From assembly GCA_029856525.1 (NCBI GenBank), contig JAHQXC010000021.1, positions 1-18,517 on the forward strand: a stretch of 18,517 nt of DNA, in the 5' to 3' direction. The notes beneath the pieces were generated by a model. It had not been told where the DNA came from, did not search any database, and was given only the letters and a program-made list of their open reading frames with translations. A program made the position numbers and the translations under genes. Below are positions 7,691-14,850 of the stretch, piece by piece. Source of the DNA: Candidatus Odinarchaeia archaeon. Its GTDB lineage: Archaea > Asgardarchaeota > Odinarchaeia > Odinarchaeales > Odinarchaeaceae. Within the stretch, counting starts at the first letter, position 1, and every line of letters starts with the position of its first letter.

Positions 7691-7971
7691 TTATAAGCCT
7701 CTAAACAGCTAAGCGTGACTTTAACAAAGTCTTCAGGCGAGGCGCCTATAAGTGTTATCTCCGGTTTTTTGAAAAATTCTTCTATTATATTCTTAATAAT
7801 CTCCGTTGAGGCGGCTGCGCCTGTTAGCGAATTTTCCAGTTTTTCAATATACTCTTCCGGGTGGAGGAAGAAGTCCCCTGTATATTTTATATTTTTTATA
7901 TAGCCTTCTTCAACATCTAATCTACATTTAACAAGCTTTCCGCCTTTAACTTTAAGTTCAGCTTTACTCAT
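7687..7971 (-). CDS. lplB: Lipoate-protein ligase small (C-terminal domain) subunit
   Basis: KVKGGKLVKC...IKYTGDFFLHPEEYIEKLENSL matches the LplA C-terminal domain family. ATG at 7971 follows SD GGTAGGAG (ORF track starts at 8019). Confidence 0.85.
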   Translation of the reverse strand: MSKAELKVKGGKLVKCRLDVEEGYIKNIKYTGDFFLHPEEYIEKLENSLTGAAASTEIIKNIIEEFFKKPEITLIGASPEDFVKVTLSCLEAYK

Positions 7972-7975
7972 TCTC

Positions 7976-8740
7976 CTACCTTCTGAAAACCCATTCTCTA
8001 TTACTGAACTGCTTTTCATCGTATTCTCTTGTAAGCTTCTCCTCTATAGGAGTTAAACCATTAAACGTGTAATTGAATTTTAGACTTTCTGAAAAACCTT
8101 TAATAAGCAGCTGGGATATTTTCGCGAAATCAGGTTTCACACCTGTTATACTAGTTATAGAGGTCACACGCTCCTCAACTGATTTTATAAGTTTATCTGA
8201 AATCTTCTCTTTTGACACTTTAAGGAAATTGAACATTTCTTTTATATTTAAATCTAATAATATGGTTCCATGCTGTAATATTACTCCTTTCCTTCTAGTC
8301 TGAGCGTTACCTGATATTTTCTTCCCTTCAACCGTTATATCATTCACGGGTTTAAATTCAGCTTTTAAGCCAAGCCAGTTTAAGGCTTTGATTATTCCAC
8401 CGCATATAAGCTCATAAGAGCTTATTATATCTTTAGGCATCCCCTCGTAGTCTTCAGGGATAATTACACTATAAGTTATCTCCCCTTCATATGAATGATA
8501 TACAGCCCCTCCGCCAGTTATTCTTCTAACTACATCCACCCCCATTTCTCTGCACGCTTCGATGTTAACCTCATCGTTTACGCTTTGAAAATAGCCTACG
8601 GAAACCGCTGACGGCTTCCATCTATATAATCTTAGTGTAGGGGGGCTTCTCCCAGCTGAAACTTCATCTAGTATAGCGCTGTCAACAGCCATATTAACAG
8701 AGGCCTTATTTACTGTAAGAGGTATCACTCTCCAAATCAT
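7976..8740 (-). CDS. lplA: Lipoate-protein ligase catalytic subunit
   Basis: NMAVDSAIL, LRLYRW, RRITGGGAVYH, NDI..GKKISGNAQ and LQHGTILLD. Confidence 0.92.
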   Translation of the reverse strand: MIWRVIPLTVNKASVNMAVDSAILDEVSAGRSPPTLRLYRWKPSAVSVGYFQSVNDEVNIEACREMGVDVVRRITGGGAVYHSYEGEITYSVIIPEDYEGMPKDIISSYELICGGIIKALNWLGLKAEFKPVNDITVEGKKISGNAQTRRKGVILQHGTILLDLNIKEMFNFLKVSKEKISDKLIKSVEERVTSITSITGVKPDFAKISQLLIKGFSESLKFNYTFNGLTPIEEKLTREYDEKQFSNREWVFRR

Positions 8741-9725
8741 TCAGTAATCCCCTTAACTCTCTTCTAATTTTTTGAATATCCTTCTTCACAAGCTCTATTG
8801 AAGGATAGTTGTAGATCGGCCCTGAAACTTTTTCATTGTAAAACGGTCTATTGCAACCATGGCATCCCGAGGTTAAGAAAGGTTCACCTGACTGGATTAT
8901 TCTATTAAATTTCTTCGCAGGTATTAATATTTTTTTTATCTGTTTATCTCCGTTAAATATAAAATAGCTTATATCAGCGTTTTCGTTGAAAATGATATGT
9001 CTGGCTAATTGAAGTCTTCTATAAGCTTCTATTAAAGGAGGTTTTGAATCTTCTAATTTCGTTCCTTTTAACGGAGTTAACGCGAATAAACCTACGTTAA
9101 CCCCTATCTCTCTCATTCTTATCATGAAGTCCACAGCCTCTCGCTCACTTTCACCTAAACCTATTATCAGATGTGTTGTCACATTGTATTCCCCGAATAT
9201 TTTCACAGCGTTTTCTAAACAGCTTAACTGTTTTTCAAAACTATACGGCCCGTTCACTTCTAATCCTTTAAACATGTTAAATAATCGTGGTGTCGCCGCA
9301 TCTATTGGGAAACAAATTTTTTCAACTCCTTCATCTGAAAGTGTCTTCATCTCACTTTCTTCTAAAGGTTTTATAGAAAGCGAAATAGGTAGCTTCGAAA
9401 TTTTCTTTAAATATCTTACTATTTTTAACACATCTAAAAACACGTTTTCATAATTTACGGCTTGTACACAGATTCTCTTCAAAGATTTGAAATCCATGTC
9501 ACTGTAGCCTTCAAATAATTTTTCTAACTCGAATTCAGGCCATGCTACGCGTGAAAGTTTTTCAATATTAGCTGAACTTGAACGCGCCTGGGTGCAAAAA
9601 GCACAGTTTGCTGTACACTTATTTTTATAGTATGTCATAAGATAGATGGTGGTGGGCTCTGCTGCTAGTCTCCCCTGTATTTTTTTAAGTTTTATAGCAC
9701 TGCCTAGTGAGACTCTCACCTTCAT
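8706..9725 (-). CDS. lipS2: Radical SAM lipoyl synthase subunit LipS2 (archaeal type)
   Basis: CTANCAFC (CX3CX2C), LSRVAWP and C-terminal TSGCHGCNRP, resembling the TXGCPXC(N/D)RP motif of TK2248-type LipS2. Overlaps the lplA start. Confidence 0.8.
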   Translation of the reverse strand: MKVRVSLGSAIKLKKIQGRLAAEPTTIYLMTYYKNKCTANCAFCTQARSSSANIEKLSRVAWPEFELEKLFEGYSDMDFKSLKRICVQAVNYENVFLDVLKIVRYLKKISKLPISLSIKPLEESEMKTLSDEGVEKICFPIDAATPRLFNMFKGLEVNGPYSFEKQLSCLENAVKIFGEYNVTTHLIIGLGESEREAVDFMIRMREIGVNVGLFALTPLKGTKLEDSKPPLIEAYRRLQLARHIIFNENADISYFIFNGDKQIKKILIPAKKFNRIIQSGEPFLTSGCHGCNRPFYNEKVSGPIYNYPSIELVKKDIQKIRRELRGLLNDLESDTSYSK

Positions 9726-9765
9726 ACCTACACCTTGAAGGCTGCTTTAACTGTTTTATAATAGC

Positions 9766-10128
9766 CTATATATTATTCGAGTTATTTTCGTTTTTATACC
9801 CTAAGCTTATTTTTGAAGCTTTAATCCTGTATTTAGTAGCTGAGATGAAATAATCGGTGGCTGTAGCCATATCTTTAAACCATTTCTTGTAGATTTTTCC
9901 TATACACTCTGAGCATTGAGCGGCTTCAACTAGCCTTTTAGCTTTATCATATTCTGCTATGCTTTTAATATAATATTTCACCGCTAATTTGAAGAAATTT
10001 AAAGCTGTTTTAGCATCTGTTTTGTAAAGCATTCTACCTAGTTTCTCATAGATTGAGGCAGCCTCATAATATTTTCTTAAGTTAACATTTCTTCTAGCCT
10101 CAAGGGTATAGCGGGAAATTTCACTCAA
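9766..10128 (-). CDS. Small all-helical TPR-like protein, alpha-SNAP/Sec17-like
   Basis: 120 aa, TTG start after SD AAGGTGG. Helical repeats AASIYEKLG, ALNFFKLAVKYY, AAQCSECIGKIY and ATDYFISA. The TPR call is fairly safe; the SNAP affinity is tentative. Confidence 0.55.
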   Translation of the reverse strand: MSEISRYTLEARRNVNLRKYYEAASIYEKLGRMLYKTDAKTALNFFKLAVKYYIKSIAEYDKAKRLVEAAQCSECIGKIYKKWFKDMATATDYFISATKYRIKASKISLGYKNENNSNNI

Positions 10129-10162
10129 CGAACCACCTTAACTATTTTTAATATTCTCCTAG

Positions 10163-10179
10163 TGTTAATATGGTTAACA
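10163..10179. promoter_or_regulatory. Inverted repeat TGTTAA-N5-TTAACA (candidate operator)
   Basis: Perfect 6-bp arms in the divergent intergenic region, upstream of the TPR/SNAP-like gene. Confidence 0.25.
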
Positions 10180-10230
10180 TGTTTTTAAGTTTCATCTTAT
10201 TTTTTAGTTTCCTGCAGATTTCTTGAATTG

Positions 10231-10251
10231 TTTTGTAGTCATAATACAAAA
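10231..10251. promoter_or_regulatory. Inverted repeat TTTTGTA-N7-TACAAAA (candidate operator)
   Basis: Perfect 7-bp arms about 55-75 bp upstream of the gelsolin-like gene. Confidence 0.25.
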
Positions 10252-10307
10252 AATTTAATAATATCTTAAGGAATAATTTTAATAAATATTATTTAGGAGG
10301 GGGTTTT

Positions 10308-10559
10308 ATGAAAATCTTCCAGGTGACTCAGAGCGGGCTTAATGAGATTGAACGGAAACCTGACACATGCTCTACTGCGATAATCATAGACGAAGACGCT
10401 AAGAAGATCTGGATATGGAAGGGGAACGGTTCTTCACCAAGCGATTTGTATAAGGCTAGCGCGATGGCGGTGACTCTTAGACGTGAATTTAAACTATTTA
10501 ACGCTAAGCCGGTTATCGTAGAGGAAGGGAATGAGCCGAGTGAGCTTAAGTTTAAATAA
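10308..10559 (+). CDS. Single-domain gelsolin/villin-like protein (Asgard ProGel/1DGel-like)
   Basis: 83 aa with strong SD AGGAGG. AIIIDEDAKKIWIWKGNGSS resembles the gelsolin-repeat core (FILD...IFVWxGKGAS), followed by a helix and C-terminal VEEGNEP (for VxQGxEP/S). Confidence 0.8.
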   Translation: MKIFQVTQSGLNEIERKPDTCSTAIIIDEDAKKIWIWKGNGSSPSDLYKASAMAVTLRREFKLFNAKPVIVEEGNEPSELKFK

Positions 10560-10679
10560 TAAACCTACTTGTTTATTTAAACAGATTGACTGTAATTTCA
10601 CTCTTATTTATTTTTATCCAAACCATTTTATACTGATTGATCTTTTTAAAAATGAGATGAGAATATATTATAGGAGTAA

Positions 10680-12524
10680 GTGAATACCATGGCTTCAAAC
10701 TCTGAAGGTGTTATTAAAGAAGGTAGCATAGCTCAATTTATGAGGAAGAGAACCCAGCTAGTCGGGTTCTCTATAGAGCGGCATAAACATACACAATATG
10801 TAGCTGAATTCCTAGATAACGCGTTAGACGCTATTGAAACAGCTCAATGGGAGTTTAACGTTTTTAAAAATTTAAGCTCGGAAACACCTAATATAAATTA
10901 TCGTTTCGAGCCTTGGGGTAACACGCTTAATAAAACTAAGCCTGAAGAGATTCTTTTAAGATTAAACAAGATTATCGCACCGTTAAAAGACTTAATAAAC
11001 CGGGAACCCGTCGCGTTAATCATATTGCAAAGAGTTGAGAAACCTGAAATACTCCCTGATGACATCCAGGGATCGGATATAGAGATGTACTGTTTCGAAG
11101 TCTTCGACAACGGCGTTGGAATGAAACCTGTCGACGTTGAGAAATTCGGGATATATTTAGCTTCCAGTAAATCTGAGAAGCTGAAGCAGACACGAGGGAG
11201 TCAAGGTTTCGGGGCTCCAAGCGCTTTCAGCGACGCTCAGAACACTACAGGTAAACCTATAACAGTTATAACTAAACACGTTAAAGAGAAAAAAGGTGTT
11301 CTCCAAGTTTTTTACACTACAGGTGAAAATAAGAAGAAGTACACGGTGCCCTCCATGCAAGTTTCTCTTCCATTCAACCACGGCACATACGTTCAATTAT
11401 GGTATCTTAACGTGAAATATGTGAAAGGTTACGCTGACGAATATGTGAAGCAGTCTGCGTTACTTAACAGTCATGTGAATTTAATATTCGTCGACCCTAA
11501 CGGCGAGGTATGGATTTATCCTAGAAAAGTATCAGTGTTCCCCCCTGAACCTGTTTACACTGAACCTCACCCTGAGTCTACTAGTATAGGAGACTTTCAG
11601 GAGGCTATCCGAAACACACAGGCGGTTAAGATAACAGAGTTTCTGACGAAATCATTCTGCAGGATCGGTGAGAAGAGAGCTGAAGAGATAGTTAGACTAG
11701 CTAATAAATCGCTTAAATCTAAGATCACGCCTTCCACACCAGTTAAATCTTTAACAGACGACCAGATAAACGCGTTATATAAAGCGTTTATAAGCATAAA
11801 ATACCCGGCGCCTCCTGTGAACACAGTGGTTCCAGTTGGAAGTGATGTTTTAGTGGATGTGTTAAAAAAGAGTTTAAACGTTGAGTTTGTAGCGGCGGTT
11901 ACGCGTAAACCTACTAGCAGTAAGGGTTTAGCGTTCGTAGTTGAAGCTGCTATAGCATATGACCCGAATAAACCTGAGTTAAGTGAAAACTCTGTTCTCT
12001 ACCGGTTTACTAATAGAACTCCTAAACTTCGAGATAACTCTGACTGTGCGATATGGAAGGCTGCGAGCAGCGTAAACTGGAAAAATTATAAGCTAGATAG
12101 ATATGATAACGGTCTTCCTAAAGGTCCTGTTAAACTCTTTGTAAACGTCAGCGGCCCATTCGTTCACGTTATGTTTAAGGCTCAAAGCAAACAGGCTTTA
12201 GCTGCAGACGACATACTGGTTAAAGAAATCAAGCTAGCCTTAGAAGAGCTTGGTCGAAAGCTTAAAGCCTATATTATCAAACACGAAACTGAGATAAGAA
12301 AGAAGGAGCGCTCTGAAAAACTTCTTCAACACGCTAAATTATTCACTAAATCGCTAACCGCTATTATCAACACAGATAATGAATTGGCTGAGAAACCAAG
12401 CTTCGAAGAATTATATAGTATAATAAGAGAACTGGTTGAAGGCGGTAAATCTTCCACTAAAATTCTCAGCCAGCCTGTTAAAACTGAAAATAAAGCAGTC
12501 CAGTTAACTTTAAAGAATTATTAG
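10680..12524 (+). CDS. top6B: DNA topoisomerase VI subunit B (divergent)
   Basis: GHKL motifs EFLDNALDA, FDNGVGM, SSK..KQTRGSQGFG and HGT; H2TH region (RIGEKRAEEI); transducer YRFTNRTP. Directly upstream of top6A. Confidence 0.92.
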   Translation: MNTMASNSEGVIKEGSIAQFMRKRTQLVGFSIERHKHTQYVAEFLDNALDAIETAQWEFNVFKNLSSETPNINYRFEPWGNTLNKTKPEEILLRLNKIIAPLKDLINREPVALIILQRVEKPEILPDDIQGSDIEMYCFEVFDNGVGMKPVDVEKFGIYLASSKSEKLKQTRGSQGFGAPSAFSDAQNTTGKPITVITKHVKEKKGVLQVFYTTGENKKKYTVPSMQVSLPFNHGTYVQLWYLNVKYVKGYADEYVKQSALLNSHVNLIFVDPNGEVWIYPRKVSVFPPEPVYTEPHPESTSIGDFQEAIRNTQAVKITEFLTKSFCRIGEKRAEEIVRLANKSLKSKITPSTPVKSLTDDQINALYKAFISIKYPAPPVNTVVPVGSDVLVDVLKKSLNVEFVAAVTRKPTSSKGLAFVVEAAIAYDPNKPELSENSVLYRFTNRTPKLRDNSDCAIWKAASSVNWKNYKLDRYDNGLPKGPVKLFVNVSGPFVHVMFKAQSKQALAADDILVKEIKLALEELGRKLKAYIIKHETEIRKKERSEKLLQHAKLFTKSLTAIINTDNELAEKPSFEELYSIIRELVEGGKSSTKILSQPVKTENKAVQLTLKNY

Positions 12525-12579
12525 ACGGGAAACAGTATTAGAGAATGATTTGAACTGGAAAAGAAGCTGGGATGGTTTT

Positions 12580-13740
12580 ATGACAGCTAGGTTCGAAAAG
12601 TTAAATCATCTGAAAGAAGAATTAAGAGAAAGGAAGCGTTCAAAGTTCACACCGCCAAGCGGAGCAGTGGTAGTTGAGGAGCTTCCAGCGGAGGAAGTGC
12701 ATAAAAGAATTCATTTAACTGCGCGTGAACTACTTAACCAATTAAAAAATAAGACTCCGCCTGTATTATCGATACCTCAGCGAAGCGGGGATAATATTAT
12801 ATACGACGAGGAGAATGATCTTCTCCTCCTCGGTGGAAAGAAGAGTTCGCGCGCTCTTTTAAGTCTAGCAACATCTTTAGATGTAACCAGAACTATGAGA
12901 GTTCTTGAAATCATTCATACACTAGTTGAAAAAGATATTCACGCTACTAAAAGGGAGATCTTTTATAACGATGTGAATCTCTTCGGCGATCAAGTTAACA
13001 GCGATAAGATTATAGATGACATCCCTCCTTTACTTAACACTACCCGCGACTCCACTCACATAGTTGCTAGCGCTAAAGGCATGGCCATCGGCAGGCTTGT
13101 AATCGAGGATAGCGGTGATGTTATCGATTTAACTAAGCTCGGAAGCGGCGGCTGGTCTATAACCCCCTTCTTAGATAAAATTAAAATAATTGAAAGTGAC
13201 GCTGAGTTTATTTTAGTCGTTGAAAAAGACGCTGCTTTAATAAGGCTTAGCGAAGCTAAATGGTGGAATAAATATCCTTGTATTATAATAACCGGGAAAG
13301 GCTCAGCTGACATAGCGACTAGAAGCTTTCTACGAAAACTTGTTAAAACACTGAAGATTCCCGCTTTCGCTTTAATGGATTCAGACCCCTACGGATATTA
13401 TATTTACAGCGTTTATTTACGCGGTAGTAAGCGTTTAAGCTATGAGTCACCGTTTCTAGCAACTCCGGAGTTGAAGCTTCTAGGCGTTTTAAGCCGTGAC
13501 CTAGACAGTTATAAGATACCTAAAGAATGCTGGTTGAAGATGAGTGAAACTGATATAAAGCGGGCTAAGGAACTTTTAAGAGAGCCGTTCGTGCAGAAGA
13601 ATAAAAATTGGGTGGAGGACTTAAAGCTTATGATAGAGCTTAAAAGAAAAGCGGAGATTCAAGCTCTCAGCAGCCACGGATTCGAATTCTTAACTAACAC
13701 TTATCTACCTCAGAAACTTTCCACAGGAGACTGGATTTAA
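12580..13740 (+). CDS. top6A: DNA topoisomerase VI subunit A (Spo11 family)
   Basis: Winged-helix catalytic Tyr in TKREIFY; TOPRIM VVEKDAA, ITGKG and DSDPYG; C-terminal KAEIQAL. ATG at 12580 chosen; TTG at 12550 is possible. Confidence 0.95.
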   Translation: [386 protein letters not shown]

Positions 13741-14744
13741 CTCCATTCGATGACATTTAATTTATATCCGCAAAACGGGCATAATCCGTTTTTAAGTTTA
13801 TTCTCTCTGAGAAATATACTGTAGCGTTCAATAACCATGTTTCCGCATCTCGGGCAGTAGGTGTTCTCGTTTCGGTGACCTGGAATATTCCCTGCATATA
13901 CGTGTTTTAAACCCTCGTTTTCAGCGATTTTTATCGATTCATCTATTAATTTTACCGGTGTAGCTGAGATATCTGTTATCTTATAATTCGGGTGGAAGGC
14001 TAGTACATGTAGCGGAGTCTCCTCGCCTAGTTTTTCAACTATCCACCTACATAATTTCTTAAAATCATCTTTAAAATCACCGATCTCCGGTATGATTAAA
14101 TTCGTTATCTCAATGAATATTTTTTTCTCTTTACATGCTTCTAACGTTTTAAAAATCGGGTTAACATCGTAAACCTGACAGTGTTTACGGTAAAAGTCAG
14201 GGTTACCTGAACCTTTAAAGTCGACTGTAACAGCGTTCAAATACGGGGCTATGGTTTCAACAGCTTCAACCGTCATATAACCGTTTGTTACAAACATATT
14301 ATATAATCCACGCTGTTGAGCTATCTTCGCAGTATCATATGCTAGCTCGAAGAATATAGTCGGCTCAGTATAAGTGTAGGACATCCCCTGGCAGCCTGAG
14401 TCTATCGCCATTTGAACGAGCTGCTCCGGTGGTATACTCTCCCCTATAATGCTTCGGCTCTGGCTTATAACCCAGTTACAGCAGAAATCGCATCTAAAAT
14501 TACAGCCAGGGGTTGCTATTGAAAAAGCCATTGAACCTGGTGCGAAATGAAATAATGGTTTTTTCTGAATAGGATCCGGGTTAGCTGAAACCACTTTATC
14601 GTATACGAGGGTGTAAAGTTTCCCGTTTAAATTCTCTCTAACTCTGCAGAACCCTAGCTTTCCAGATGGAATCTTACAGTATCTTGAACATAAATAGCAG
14701 TGTGCTTCCCCGTTTACAGATTTATATAACATAGCCTCCTTCAA
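13737..14744 (-). CDS. AmmeMemoRadiSam-type radical SAM enzyme (PflA-related)
   Basis: N-terminal CX2CX3CX9C, DPIQKKPLFHF, GCNFRCDFC, YTYTEPT and C-terminal CPRCG...CPFCG. TTG at 14744 (MKEAMLY) follows SD AGGTG; ORF track starts at 14762. Confidence 0.85.
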   Translation of the reverse strand: MKEAMLYKSVNGEAHCYLCSRYCKIPSGKLGFCRVRENLNGKLYTLVYDKVVSANPDPIQKKPLFHFAPGSMAFSIATPGCNFRCDFCCNWVISQSRSIIGESIPPEQLVQMAIDSGCQGMSYTYTEPTIFFELAYDTAKIAQQRGLYNMFVTNGYMTVEAVETIAPYLNAVTVDFKGSGNPDFYRKHCQVYDVNPIFKTLEACKEKKIFIEITNLIIPEIGDFKDDFKKLCRWIVEKLGEETPLHVLAFHPNYKITDISATPVKLIDESIKIAENEGLKHVYAGNIPGHRNENTYCPRCGNMVIERYSIFLRENKLKNGLCPFCGYKLNVIEWS

Positions 14745-14793
14745 ACTGAAGCACCTGTTCAAATATTTAATACATTTATATGTATGTGAACCA

Positions 14794-14847
14794 GCTTATT
14801 TAATTTAAAATATCTAGAATGCTTATTTAATTTAAAATATCTAGAAT
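14794..14847. repeat. Perfect tandem duplication of a 27-bp unit (GCTTATTTAATTTAAAATATCTAGAAT x2)
   Basis: Copies at 14794-14820 and 14821-14847 are identical and lie between the dnaJ stop and the radical SAM start. Confidence 0.97.
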
Positions 14848-14850
14848 ATT

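Noticed and set aside
7715-9453. Plus-strand ORFs 7715-7903, 8073-8303 and 9124-9453
   Set aside because: Antisense shadows of lplB, lplA and lipS2.
6671-9725. Calling the two radical SAM proteins biotin synthase (BioB) or thiamine/HydE-type enzymes
   Set aside because: The LipS1/LipS2-specific Cys motifs and interleaving with lplA/lplB fit lipoate assembly better.
10898-13313. Minus-strand ORFs 10898-11110, 11020-11220, 11157-11396, 11597-11824 and 13056-13313
   Set aside because: Antisense shadows within top6B and top6A.
14794-14847. 27-bp repeat as a CRISPR remnant or IS target-site duplication
   Set aside because: No spacer between copies, no cas or transposase genes, and no inserted element between the repeats.
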